Assembly: GCA_041640575.1 (NCBI GenBank)
Contig: JBEPZZ010000004.1
Coordinates: 1-64,000 of the forward strand
DNA: 64,000 nt
DNA from: Pseudothermotoga sp.
GTDB taxonomy: Bacteria; Thermotogota; Thermotogae; Thermotogales; DSM-5069
Reading direction: 5' to 3'
The notes beneath the pieces are model-generated. The model saw nothing but the letters and a program-made list of their open reading frames with translations, was not told the DNA's origin and ran no database searches. Shown here in pieces: positions 11,460 to 21,268 of this stretch. Positions within the stretch are counted from its first letter, which is position 1, and every line of letters starts with the position of its first letter. Made by a program: the position numbers and the translations under genes.

Positions 11460-12449
11460 TTGTCATCTTTAAAAGATTTGGCAAAATTGACCAACACCTC
11501 TATTTCCACGGTATCAAAGGTGCTTAATGGTAAAGGGCGAGTCAGCGAAAAGAAACGCAGAGAAATTCTAGAAGCTGCGAAGAAGCTTGGATATACACCA
11601 AACTATCATGCCAGATCAATTGCAACCAAGAGACGAGTTCTAACAATTGGTCTGATAGTGCCAGATATAGTCAACCCATTTTTTGCAATGCTAACGCGTG
11701 GTGTACAGAAAATGTGTGGTGAGGATATTCTTGTGATCCTGATGGATTCTTTTAGAGATTTGGAAAGAGAAGAAAAACTGATCAAGAAAGCAAGATTTCA
11801 GGGTGCAGAAGGCTTAATAATAGGCAATTCACGTGTCAACGATGAACTTATAAAAGAAATTTCACAATACATACCAGTTGTTGTTTTTGATAAAGAATAC
11901 GATTATGAAAACGTGGTATCTGTTGTGTTAGACAACTATTACGGTGCTTATCTTGCGACAAAACATCTGATTGAAGTTGGATGTAAGAAAATCGTCCACC
12001 TTGGTGGTACGCATGAACTGTACGTCTCTATAAAGAGAATGGAAGGATACGAAGCTGCAATGAGAGAAGCTGGTTTGCAATCAAAGGTATACCCAGTTGG
12101 TTACGATGAGAAAAAAGGTTATGAACAGATGAAAAAACTTCTCAGTAGAGGGGAACAAATAGATGGGCTCTTTTGCATGAATGACCTTGTGGCAATTGGT
12201 GCAATCCGAGCGATAAAAGAAAAAGGTTTGAGGATACCTGACGATATAGCTGTTATAGGTTTCGACGATGATCAAGAACTATGCGAGATTCTTTCGCCAT
12301 CCTTGTCGTCAGTGCACCAACCCGTGGTTGAAATGGGTGAAGTAGCTGCTCGACTTCTATTTGAACTGATAAGAAAAGAAATAAAGATAAAACGATACAT
12401 CTTCACTCCAAGGCTTGTCATCAGAGAGTCAAGCCTAAGAAAAAGGTGA
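11460..12449 (+). CDS. LacI-family transcriptional regulator
   Basis: HTH 'LKDLAK...SISTVSKVLNG', 'LGYTPN..ARS', 'IPDDIAVIGFDD', 'LVIRESS'. Confidence 0.95.
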   Translation: MSSLKDLAKLTNTSISTVSKVLNGKGRVSEKKRREILEAAKKLGYTPNYHARSIATKRRVLTIGLIVPDIVNPFFAMLTRGVQKMCGEDILVILMDSFRDLEREEKLIKKARFQGAEGLIIGNSRVNDELIKEISQYIPVVVFDKEYDYENVVSVVLDNYYGAYLATKHLIEVGCKKIVHLGGTHELYVSIKRMEGYEAAMREAGLQSKVYPVGYDEKKGYEQMKKLLSRGEQIDGLFCMNDLVAIGAIRAIKEKGLRIPDDIAVIGFDDDQELCEILSPSLSSVHQPVVEMGEVAARLLFELIRKEIKIKRYIFTPRLVIRESSLRKR

Positions 12450-12454
12450 TCAAC

Positions 12455-13084
12455 ATGAAAAAAGTTCTCGTCGTTGGTGCTCACAGTGATGATCCAATCA
12501 TCGGTGCAGGTGGGACAATAAAGGAACTTGCTAAGCTTGGCCATCAAATTGTAGTTGTCAGTGTTTGTGGCGATAGAATTGACGGTTATGTGGACGCGAT
12601 AAGATTCCTCGGTGCTGAACCAGTCTATTTTGAATTTTCGTACGGAAAGATTTGTGAAGAAGACTTAGCTCGATTGCTAGAGGATCTCTTCAAGAAGGTC
12701 AATCCGACTTTTGTTTTCACCCACTGGGAGAAAGAAATCCTTTACGACCATGGTTTAGTATCTGAAAAGGTCCTTAAACTTACCAGACTCTATGAAAAGG
12801 AGCTTTTCTACTTTGAAATACCAGCCTCTTCTTTGGATTTTACTTTCGATCTTGCCGTTGATATAACCAATTCATACACATATAAGAAGCAAGCAATAGA
12901 GATGATGAGAAAAGCTTTTGATGAAAGAGTTTTTGTTGAAGAGATTTATCCATCGATAATCTACCCGTCTGGTTTCAGAGGAATACAAGTTGGCTGCAAT
13001 TTTGCTGAGGTTTTCAAGCATGCCGGATCCAGATTCCCGTTATCACCATTTCGAAGAAAACTTGTGGATCCGGTAGATCTCTAA
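12455..13084 (+). CDS. PIG-L/LmbE-family deacetylase
   Basis: 'VLVVGAHSDD..IGAGGTI' (HPDD-like) and 'VFTHW....YDH' (HxDH-like). Confidence 0.85.
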   Translation: MKKVLVVGAHSDDPIIGAGGTIKELAKLGHQIVVVSVCGDRIDGYVDAIRFLGAEPVYFEFSYGKICEEDLARLLEDLFKKVNPTFVFTHWEKEILYDHGLVSEKVLKLTRLYEKELFYFEIPASSLDFTFDLAVDITNSYTYKKQAIEMMRKAFDERVFVEEIYPSIIYPSGFRGIQVGCNFAEVFKHAGSRFPLSPFRRKLVDPVDL

Positions 13085-13100
13085 TCCGGAGGTGACAAAA

Positions 13101-14135
13101 ATGAAAAAAGTTAAACTCGCAATAATTGGGGCGGGAAAAATAGCAGAGGTTTTGCACATACCAAATGCTTTGATATCTGAATTTGCTGAACTCATTGCGA
13201 TTTCAGAGAAAAATCAAGACAGGCTTGAATACATCAAAAGAAAATTTGATGACGGTAAAATTCATTTCTACACAGACTATCTGGATCTTTTGAAAAGCGA
13301 GAACATCGATGCAGTCATTGTTACTGTTCCAAATTTCCTGCACGCAAAGGTTAGCATAGATTCCTTGAAAAGTGGTAAGCACGTTTTGGTTGAGAAACCA
13401 ATGGCAACAACATCGAAAGAGGCAGTGGAAATGATTGAAGCAGCAAAACAAAATGCAAAAATTCTGATGGTGAACCAATCTCAGAGATTTTTCCCACACC
13501 ACCAAAAAGCGAAGGAAATTATTGATTCAGGGCTGATTGGTAACATTCGACTTGTGAAAACCATGTTTGGACATTCTGGGCCCGAGAATTGGTCTCCCAA
13601 CGCTTCTTGGTTCTTTCAGAAAGAAACTGCTATGTTTGGAGCACTGGGAGATCTAGGCGTTCACAAAGTCGACTTGATAAGATTTCTAACAAATCTTGAA
13701 ATCGTTGAATGCGCTGCGTTTTTGGGAACACTCGAAAAACAAGCTTCTGTTGAAGATATTGCTAGCGCTATACTTAAGTTATCTAATGGCGCATTTGCTA
13801 CCTTGGATGCAAACTGGATTACAAAGGGGCTTGAGGAAAACTATATTGCAATTTATGGAGAAAAAGGTACGTTGAAGATAGGACAAACCGATCCAACGAA
13901 AATAGACATATACTTGTCAAAGCCTGTAACCTTCCATGGCGAAATCGTCGTGAAACCACTTTTCACAAATGAGGATCCTTACTGGAAAATGCCCATTGTT
14001 GATCATTTTGCAAAGGTTTGTTTGGGACTTGAAGAACCAGTAGTTAAAGCTGAAGATGGCTATGTAGCAATCAAAATAGTGGAGAAGCTTTTTGAATCTT
14101 TCGTTAAAAAGGAGTTTGTTGTAGTAAATGAGTGA
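13101..14135 (+). CDS. Gfo/Idh/MocA-family NAD(P)-dependent oxidoreductase
   Basis: IIGAGKIA, GKHVLVEKPMA, GALGDLGVH. Confidence 0.92.
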   Translation: MKKVKLAIIGAGKIAEVLHIPNALISEFAELIAISEKNQDRLEYIKRKFDDGKIHFYTDYLDLLKSENIDAVIVTVPNFLHAKVSIDSLKSGKHVLVEKPMATTSKEAVEMIEAAKQNAKILMVNQSQRFFPHHQKAKEIIDSGLIGNIRLVKTMFGHSGPENWSPNASWFFQKETAMFGALGDLGVHKVDLIRFLTNLEIVECAAFLGTLEKQASVEDIASAILKLSNGAFATLDANWITKGLEENYIAIYGEKGTLKIGQTDPTKIDIYLSKPVTFHGEIVVKPLFTNEDPYWKMPIVDHFAKVCLGLEEPVVKAEDGYVAIKIVEKLFESFVKKEFVVVNE

Positions 14136-15636
14136 CAAAGTTGTTCTGACCGCAAGAGGAATATGCATGGATTTTTCTGGGGTAAGAGTTTTACACAATG
14201 TTGATGCTGAATTCAAAGCCGGGAAAATCTACGGCATAATTGGTGAAAACGGTGCCGGAAAGTCTACTTTGATGAGGATACTGTCTGGTTTTCTGCAACC
14301 TGTAGAAGGTGAAATACACATAGATGGTCAAAAAGTAGTCTTAAATCCTCTAAAAGCGAAAGAACTTGGGATAATCATTGTGCCTCAAGAACTCAATTTG
14401 GTTGAAAGTTTGAGAGTCTACGAAAACATATTCCTTGGTGACGAGGAAACCTCAGCAGGGCTCTTGAAGAAACGCTCGATGATAGAAAAGGCCGGACAGA
14501 TAATCAGACAACTTGGTTTAGATGTTGACCCAAAAAATTTTGTTGAGCAATTATCTCCCGCACAGAAACAAATGGTTGAGATCGCTAAAGCCGTTTCCAA
14601 AAAGGTGCGAGTGCTCATAATGGATGAACCTACGTCATCCTTGAGTGAAGAAGAAGTCTCGAAGTTGTTCGAAATTGTCAGAAACATGAAAAAGGCAGGA
14701 ACAACTGTTGTTTTCGTATCCCATAGGTTGAAAGAGATAAAAACTATCACTGATCATTTAATTGTTTTGAGGGATGGTAGGAAAGTTTACGATGGTGAAC
14801 TAGGAGATCTCACAGAGCGAGAAATGGCTGAGCTTATGATAGGTAGAAAACTCAGTGACATGTATCCGCAGAAAAAAGCACAAGTCGATGAATATGTCCT
14901 GCAGGTCAAAGATCTAACTACCGAAGATGAAAAAGTAGTGCAAGTCTCCTTCGATCTTAAAAGAGGAGAAATACTAGGATTCTACGGGCTAGTTGGCTCA
15001 GGCAGAACTGAGTTGATGCAGGCACTTATAGGTGTTAGGAAAATCAAAACTGGAGAAATTTTACTTGAGGGGAAAAAAGTTGAGCTGAAATCGCCAAAGC
15101 AAGCTAAAGACCTTGGTATTGTTTATCTACCAGAAGACAGGAAAAGTGGTGGAATTATAGCGGAAATGGAAACTTTCAAGAACTCGACTATTATGACTCT
15201 TAACAAAATTTCAAGGTTCTTCACAAATTTGAGGAAAGAAATGGATGTTTTTCAAAAATACGTCAAGAACTTTGACATAAAGATTCGTCATCCATCACAA
15301 CCCATTAAAACCCTCAGCGGTGGGAATCAACAAAAGGTTGTCATATCGAAACTTGTTGAGACTGGTGCAAAGATTTTTATCTTTGACGAACCAACACGGG
15401 GTGTAGATGTAAACACCAAAAGGCAAATTTACCAGATAATCCACAGCATGGTCGAGGAATTCAATGTTAGTTTCATAGTCGTATCCTCAGAACTCCCGGA
15501 AATCATAGGTCTTTGCAACAGAGTAATTGTTATGAGATGCGGTCGCGCCATTGGAACTTTGGATAAGGAAGAAATCAACGAAAAGAACTTGATTTACCTT
15601 GCTACAGGTGTAAAAGGAGGTGACCAAGATAAATAG
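14128..15636 (+). CDS. Sugar ABC transporter ATP-binding protein (CUT2, RbsA-like)
   Basis: GENGAGKST, tandem NBDs, LSGGNQQKV, DEPTRGVD. Confidence 0.95.
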   Translation: MSDKVVLTARGICMDFSGVRVLHNVDAEFKAGKIYGIIGENGAGKSTLMRILSGFLQPVEGEIHIDGQKVVLNPLKAKELGIIIVPQELNLVESLRVYENIFLGDEETSAGLLKKRSMIEKAGQIIRQLGLDVDPKNFVEQLSPAQKQMVEIAKAVSKKVRVLIMDEPTSSLSEEEVSKLFEIVRNMKKAGTTVVFVSHRLKEIKTITDHLIVLRDGRKVYDGELGDLTEREMAELMIGRKLSDMYPQKKAQVDEYVLQVKDLTTEDEKVVQVSFDLKRGEILGFYGLVGSGRTELMQALIGVRKIKTGEILLEGKKVELKSPKQAKDLGIVYLPEDRKSGGIIAEMETFKNSTIMTLNKISRFFTNLRKEMDVFQKYVKNFDIKIRHPSQPIKTLSGGNQQKVVISKLVETGAKIFIFDEPTRGVDVNTKRQIYQIIHSMVEEFNVSFIVVSSELPEIIGLCNRVIVMRCGRAIGTLDKEEINEKNLIYLATGVKGGDQDK

Positions 15637-16579
15637 CCACACACTGAAGTTTAACTTTTCGAAGTACGGTATTGTATTAGCTCTTGCTGCCTTGGTTACA
15701 ATTTCTGGGATCTTAAGCCCGGCATTTTTGAAACCAAGGAACATTTTAAATATTTTCTGGCAAACTTCGTACGTTGGAATTATAGCCATCGGCATGACCT
15801 TTGTAATGATAGCTGGAGGGATAGATCTTTCAGTAGGTTCAATGCTAGCCTTCGTGGGTTCTTTTGCCATTCAGATGGTGAACAAATTTGGCCAGGGTTC
15901 GAACGCGACCTTTATTGCAATTCTTCTGGCATATGGTTTAGCTGCATTGCTTGGATTGGGTACAGGCTTGTTGATAACAAAAACAAAGATTCCCGCTTTT
16001 GTAGCTACTCTTGGTGGTATGGCAATCTACAGATCATTGACTTTAAACTTCGCAAAAGGCGGCGTTTATATGACCTTTTCGAGGCAATACTCGAAAATAG
16101 GAATGATGTCCATAGCGGAAGTACCATTGACAATGATAATTTTCATAGCATACGCAATAATTGCACACATCCTTCTGGACAAAACCAAGTTCGGTAGATA
16201 TGTTTATGCAGTAGGTGCAAACGAAACTGCTGCTGTTTATTCTGCAATAAATGTCAATCTTATTCGAACACTTACCTACGTTATAAGTGGGATTTCTGTA
16301 GCTACTTCGGCAATATTGTTGTCATCAATGATGGCATCGGTGAGTTCAACTTCAACTGGAAGTGGTTTCGAACTCGATGCAATTGCTGCGGTAGTTATTG
16401 GAGGGACGAGCCTAAGTGGGGGAAAGGGCAGTGTACTCGGTACTTTCTTTGGAGCATTGATTTTGGGAGTCATAAACAACATGCTTGTTATGCTTAACGT
16501 TGCTGTTTATTTGCAAGGAGCAGTTAAAGGCTTGATCATAATCGCTGCTGTAATTCTTCAAAATCTGAGAAGAGCATGA
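15620..16579 (+). CDS. Sugar ABC transporter permease (RbsC-like)
   Basis: [27 protein letters not shown]. Confidence 0.95.
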   Translation: MTKINSHTLKFNFSKYGIVLALAALVTISGILSPAFLKPRNILNIFWQTSYVGIIAIGMTFVMIAGGIDLSVGSMLAFVGSFAIQMVNKFGQGSNATFIAILLAYGLAALLGLGTGLLITKTKIPAFVATLGGMAIYRSLTLNFAKGGVYMTFSRQYSKIGMMSIAEVPLTMIIFIAYAIIAHILLDKTKFGRYVYAVGANETAAVYSAINVNLIRTLTYVISGISVATSAILLSSMMASVSSTSTGSGFELDAIAAVVIGGTSLSGGKGSVLGTFFGALILGVINNMLVMLNVAVYLQGAVKGLIIIAAVILQNLRRA

Positions 16580-16624
16580 ACACAATCTCCCCGTATGGGG
16601 GTTAATATGAGGAGGTGTTATCTT

Positions 16625-17575
16625 ATGAAGAGGTTGTTAGTGCTAATCATGCTAGCAACAGTTATCTTCAGTTTTGCGGCTCAGAAAATCAGAATAGGCG
16701 TCGCAATTCCAGCAGCTACACATGGTTGGACCGGTGGGATGGTTTGGTGGGCACAGTATGCAATTAACCAGTACAAGAACGATCCAAACGTTGAGTTTAC
16801 GCTTGTGACAGCAAGGGAACCAAGTGAACAGATTGCGCAAGTACAGGCTCTAATGGCTAAAGGTATTGATGCCTTGGTCATTAATCCTTTTGAATCTGCA
16901 CCACTGACACCAATTTGCGTTGAAGCATTCAGAAAAGGCATATTCACAGTAATTGTCGACAGAGGAATTTTGTCTGAAGAGTACAACGTTTACATCGCCG
17001 GCGACAATTACATGTATGGTTATCTTGCTGGCAAACACATCGCCGAGAAGCTTCGTGGCAAAGGCAATGTTGTTATAATCGAAGGTATACCCTCCCCAAT
17101 CAACGAAGAAAGGGTTAAAGCGTTTAAGGACGCCATTGCACCATATCCAGATATAAAGATTCTTGCTCAGCAGCCAGGATACTGGAACAGAGAAAAAGCT
17201 TTTGAAGTTATGCAAACATTGTTAACTAAATTCCCGAAGATTGATGCTGTATGGACCGGCGACGATGACATGCTATATGGTGTCCTTTTAGCTCTTCAAC
17301 AAGCTGGAAGAGCTAAAGATATAGTCCTTGTTGGCGGTGCCTGTGAAAAGAACATGGTTAAAAGAATTATGGATGGAGACCCATTAATTGAGGTTAACTT
17401 TACATACCCACCTAACATGATAGCTACTGCCGTTAACTTGGCTGTGATGGCTCTTCGTGGGGAAACGCTGAATGGTTTTTATCAGAGAGGTATTCCAAGA
17501 AAAATCATACTCGCGACAGAAAAAGTTACGAGAGAAAACGCCCACCTCTACTACTTCCCGGATTCGGTGTTCTGA
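16625..17575 (+). CDS. Sugar ABC transporter substrate-binding protein (RbsB-like)
   Basis: Signal peptide and periplasmic binding protein type 1 pattern. Start moved to ATG 16625 after AGGAGG. Confidence 0.92.
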   Translation: MKRLLVLIMLATVIFSFAAQKIRIGVAIPAATHGWTGGMVWWAQYAINQYKNDPNVEFTLVTAREPSEQIAQVQALMAKGIDALVINPFESAPLTPICVEAFRKGIFTVIVDRGILSEEYNVYIAGDNYMYGYLAGKHIAEKLRGKGNVVIIEGIPSPINEERVKAFKDAIAPYPDIKILAQQPGYWNREKAFEVMQTLLTKFPKIDAVWTGDDDMLYGVLLALQQAGRAKDIVLVGGACEKNMVKRIMDGDPLIEVNFTYPPNMIATAVNLAVMALRGETLNGFYQRGIPRKIILATEKVTRENAHLYYFPDSVF

Positions 17576-17582
17576 TCTTCAA

Positions 17583-17611
17583 AAAGGCAGGGGGTAAATC
17601 CCCCTGCCTTT
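17583..17611 (+). terminator. Intercistronic 12-bp perfect hairpin (partial terminator or mRNA stabiliser)
   Basis: aaaggcaggggg-taaat-ccccctgccttt, directly followed by the SD of the next gene. Confidence 0.7.
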
Positions 17612-17623
17612 GGGGGTGAAAGT

Positions 17624-18541
17624 GTGAAAATCGGTTTCTTAACCGTGGCTTTAGGAAATACAAAATTGGAAGATATTGTACCATGGGCTGCAAGCGTGGG
17701 ATTTGAGGCTTTAGAAATCGCTGCATGGCCTCTTATAAACGAGAGGGATTTCTCATCGACAACCATAGATGCTGAAAAATTAAACGAAAACGAAGCCGAA
17801 AAAATCAAAGCACTTCTTGAAAAATATGGAGTTATCATTTCATCCTTGGCTTACTACGACAACAATCTTGATGCAAATGAGGAAAGAAGAAGAGTAGTTA
17901 ACAATCATCTGAAAAAAGTCATAGATGCTGCTAGTATGTTAAATGTCGAATTGGTTGGAACATTTATTGGTAGGGACATAAGAAAGAGTGTTGAAGAAAA
18001 CATTGACGAATTTGAGAAAGTATTTAAACCCATTATCACCTATGCAGAAAATAAGAACGTGAAATTGATGATAGAAAACTGTCCAATGGTGGGTTGGCAA
18101 CAACAAGAAAAAATCGGCAACATATTTTATTCACCACAACTTTGGCGAGAAATTTTCAGGATAACACCAAGTTCATTTGGTTTGAACCTTGATCCTTCTC
18201 ATTTACATTGGCTCGGGATTGATTACATCAAAATAATCGAAGAATTCAAAGGCAGAATTTTCCATGTTCACGCAAAGGATACTGAGATAAATCGAGAAAA
18301 GTTAAATGATCAAGGAATATTCGGATATTTCGGTACAAACTCGCATGACAAAAGCTGGTGGGTGTACAGGCTACCCGGTTTTGGCGAAATAAATTGGCAA
18401 GGGTTTCTAAAAGAAATCAAAAAGATTGGATATGACTTTGTCGTAAGTATTGAACACGAAGACCCAGTCTGGACAGGAACTGTTGAGAAATCAAAAAAGG
18501 GGCTTGTTATTGGATTAAACTACTTAAAGCAATTTGTTTGA
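17624..18541 (+). CDS. Sugar phosphate isomerase/epimerase family TIM-barrel protein (AP endonuclease 2/IolE-like)
   Basis: Metal-ligand pattern IENCP, LDPSH, HVHAKD, SIEHED. Confidence 0.88.
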   Translation: MKIGFLTVALGNTKLEDIVPWAASVGFEALEIAAWPLINERDFSSTTIDAEKLNENEAEKIKALLEKYGVIISSLAYYDNNLDANEERRRVVNNHLKKVIDAASMLNVELVGTFIGRDIRKSVEENIDEFEKVFKPIITYAENKNVKLMIENCPMVGWQQQEKIGNIFYSPQLWREIFRITPSSFGLNLDPSHLHWLGIDYIKIIEEFKGRIFHVHAKDTEINREKLNDQGIFGYFGTNSHDKSWWVYRLPGFGEINWQGFLKEIKKIGYDFVVSIEHEDPVWTGTVEKSKKGLVIGLNYLKQFV

Positions 18542-18564
18542 ATCTGAATCAATTGTCCGTTGAG

Positions 18565-18589
18565 CAGAGCCACTTGGCTCTGTTTTTTT
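18565..18589 (+). terminator. Intrinsic terminator closing the sugar operon
   Basis: cagagcc-actt-ggctctg followed by T7. Confidence 0.8.
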
Positions 18590-18722
18590 GTTTTGCAATT
18601 TTACTTAATTATGGTTTTTCTCTTCTTACTTTGCTTTGACAGTAACTGTAATGTTTGCATTCTTGAATTTTAAACAAAATCTACTTCTTCACTTCAAAAG
18701 ACTGCAAGACTATCCATAATAT

Positions 18723-18762
18723 TTCGGTATGCTTGGTTATACTTCAGTATGCTTAAGTATAC
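18723..18762. repeat. Tandem 20-bp imperfect repeat with 10-bp periodicity upstream of pckA
   Basis: ttcggtatgcttggttatac / ttcagtatgcttaagtatac (16/20 identical). Confidence 0.7.
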
Positions 18763-18852
18763 GATGACTTTTGACATTTAATCCAAAGATGTTCAAATAG
18801 TAAAATTGTATGCACCGACAGCAACTTCTTATTTCACCGGTGGAGGGGTTAG

Positions 18853-20487
18853 ATGGCAACCAAAGGATTTTGGGAGATTAACGAAATTAATCCTAAAAAT
18901 TTCTCAAGAATTCGAACTACCATAGAAAGTGCCTTTTATGGAAACAACGTTGAATTGCTGACATCTCGCCGCGAGGCTTACAAGAAAGCAAAAATGTCTC
19001 CAGGTACGGTAGTTCTTGATATGAATATTTACAAACCTGAACTTCAGAACCTAGATGAAGGCACAAAAGTTCTGCTATTTAACGATGGTGCTACAGTAGG
19101 AAGGTTCTCAGCCGCGCGTAAGATTGTTGGCATTCCAGGTGTTGATCCGACAACGCTTGCAGAACTTTTGAGAGAGGCAGTATACAATACGAGGTCAAAA
19201 CGTATGTATCATGCTGTTTCTTACACTGGGCTTGACAAAGATTTCATGGTAAAGAATCATATCCTTATTCCAGAAGGTTTCGAAAACACAGTATATAATT
19301 GGTTACTGAATTTCCAAGATCTTACGCCAGAATATTCTATGATGTACGAAAATTCAAAGTTTCTGAACGAGCCAGACATCTATATCTTCACTGATCCAGA
19401 TTGGTCCCATCCATCCTTTCCGGGTGGACTAGCGTTTTTCGATCCTCAAAATAATTGTGCCGCGCTACTAGGAATGAGATATTTTGGAGAGTTTAAAAAA
19501 GGAACCCTTACACTAGCTTGGTCAATTGCAAACAGACAAGGATATGTTTCATGCCACGGTGGATTGAAAAAATACGAAAAGAACAACAAAAGCTTTGTGG
19601 CTGCTTTCTTTGGACTGTCTGGTTCTGGAAAATCAACGCTGACACATGCAAAACATGATGGTAAATACCAAATAACAGTGCTTCATGATGATGCATTGGT
19701 GATAAACCTGGACGATCTTTCTTCGATTGCACTTGAACCATCCTATTTTGATAAGACCTCGGATTATCCTCTTACAAGCGAAGACAATAAATACCTGCTC
19801 ACAATACAAAACTGTGGTGTAACCACCGACAGCCTTGGAAGAAAACTACCGGTCATGGAAGATATTCGAAATGGCAACGGAAGGGCAATCAAATCCAAAT
19901 TGTGGTCACCAAATAGGGTTGACAAGATCTCTGAGCCACTGAACGCGATATTTTGGATAATGAAAGACCCTGCATTGCCTCCAATTTTACACGTCAATGA
20001 TCCCATCACAGCCTCAACCTTGGGAGCTACACTGACAACTAAAAGGACTACTGCCGAAAAGTTGGAACCTGGCTTCGATCCAGATACGCTTGTCTTTGAA
20101 CCATATGCTAACCCATTCAGAACTTATCCACTTTCGGAAGACTATTTCAAGTTCAAAACCTTGTTTGAAAGAGGTATTGATTGCTTTATTATAAACACGG
20201 GGTTCTTCATTGACAAAAAAATTCCAAAAGAATTGACGTTAGAGATACTAGAAAAATTAGTTGGTGGAAATGGAGAATTCAGAAGATTTATTGGTTGCTT
20301 GGACTACATGCTTTTGGATAAGTTTCAGCCATTGATGGAAAGTACAGAATACAAAAGGATCATACGTGAGTCTTTGGAGAAAAAGTTAGAGTGTTTGAAG
20401 AAAAAAGATACTGAAAATGGTGGGTACGATAGTTTGCCTGAAGAGTGTAAAAATGCGATCTTGCAACTCACAGAACAAGTGAGATAA
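18853..20487 (+). CDS. pckA: Phosphoenolpyruvate carboxykinase (ATP)
   Basis: YFGEFKKG, SCHGG, P-loop FFGLSGSGKSTL, LHDD, NGNGR, INTG. Confidence 0.9.
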   Translation: MATKGFWEINEINPKNFSRIRTTIESAFYGNNVELLTSRREAYKKAKMSPGTVVLDMNIYKPELQNLDEGTKVLLFNDGATVGRFSAARKIVGIPGVDPTTLAELLREAVYNTRSKRMYHAVSYTGLDKDFMVKNHILIPEGFENTVYNWLLNFQDLTPEYSMMYENSKFLNEPDIYIFTDPDWSHPSFPGGLAFFDPQNNCAALLGMRYFGEFKKGTLTLAWSIANRQGYVSCHGGLKKYEKNNKSFVAAFFGLSGSGKSTLTHAKHDGKYQITVLHDDALVINLDDLSSIALEPSYFDKTSDYPLTSEDNKYLLTIQNCGVTTDSLGRKLPVMEDIRNGNGRAIKSKLWSPNRVDKISEPLNAIFWIMKDPALPPILHVNDPITASTLGATLTTKRTTAEKLEPGFDPDTLVFEPYANPFRTYPLSEDYFKFKTLFERGIDCFIINTGFFIDKKIPKELTLEILEKLVGGNGEFRRFIGCLDYMLLDKFQPLMESTEYKRIIRESLEKKLECLKKKDTENGGYDSLPEECKNAILQLTEQVR

Positions 20488-20816
20488 ACCCATGATAAAG
20501 TATCATTCACCTTCTTAGTAAACGGTTCGGCAAACTACAGTTCAACAAAGATTTTAGTTTGATATGCTTTGTACTCAAAAAGTATTGAGTAAACTTATAC
20601 AAATTGCATTCATTTTAGCCAAAAAATTGCTGACCAAAAGCAAGCTTCTCTTTAAATCTTTTCAGTTCATTGATCTGCTATAAAAAATTTTACAAGCTAT
20701 ACCACACTTCAGTTCAAAAAGCAAAGTTAAGGTCAAATTTAGGCATTTGAAACCGCGCTAAGGTAACTTCTTGCAGACCAAAACTTAGTTTATAATATAA
20801 AAAAGGAGAATTCCTC

Positions 20817-21236
20817 GTGAAGTTTTTTGCAGATAGAATGCTTGGAAAGCTTGCCAAGAAGCTAAGATTACTTGGGTTTGACACAATGTACATTTCACAA
20901 ATTGACGAGTCAGAGATTCTCAAATTATGTACTGAAACGGATCGAATTTTGATAACAAGGGATAAAGAACTTCATTCCAAGGCTCTTAAAAAAGGAATAA
21001 AGAGTTTTTTGCTTAGAACTGACTCCTGGAGACAGCAGCTTACTGAGCTTTCAAAAATAGTTGAGCTCAGAAATTCGACAGCAATGACGCGCTGCAGTCT
21101 TTGTAATGCCGAGTTGAATCGTGCAAGTCCAGAAAAAGTGAGGCAAAAAGTGCCGCTTTATGTTCAGCAAATACGCGAGGAATTTTACGAATGCCCAGTT
21201 TGTGGAAGGTTGTATTGGAAGGGAAGCCATATATAA
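20817..21236 (+). CDS. Mut7-C RNase domain protein (PIN-like fold with Zn ribbon), possibly shortened by a premature TAA
   Basis: MKFFADRMLGKLAKKLRLLGFD, ILITRD, RCSLCN, CPVCGRLYWKGSH. Confidence 0.88.
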   Translation: MKFFADRMLGKLAKKLRLLGFDTMYISQIDESEILKLCTETDRILITRDKELHSKALKKGIKSFLLRTDSWRQQLTELSKIVELRNSTAMTRCSLCNAELNRASPEKVRQKVPLYVQQIREEFYECPVCGRLYWKGSHI

Positions 21237-21268
21237 CACGCCATGGAGGAATTCAGGAGGTTAAATTT

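Noticed and set aside
18723..18762. Possible CRISPR repeat remnant
   Set aside because: Only two adjacent 20-bp units, no spacers and no cas genes. Kept as an operator candidate instead.
20572..20591. Short inverted repeat TACTCAA-N6-TTGAGTA downstream of pckA
   Set aside because: AT-rich 7-bp arms with no U tract; could arise by chance.
20817..21236. Mut7-C gene as a toxin-antitoxin or defence system
   Set aside because: No antitoxin-like or ubiquitin-like partner beside it, and the context is housekeeping.
21191..21268. Kinase start at 21191 overlapping the Mut7-C gene
   Set aside because: AGGAGG followed by GTG at 21269 is a much better start.
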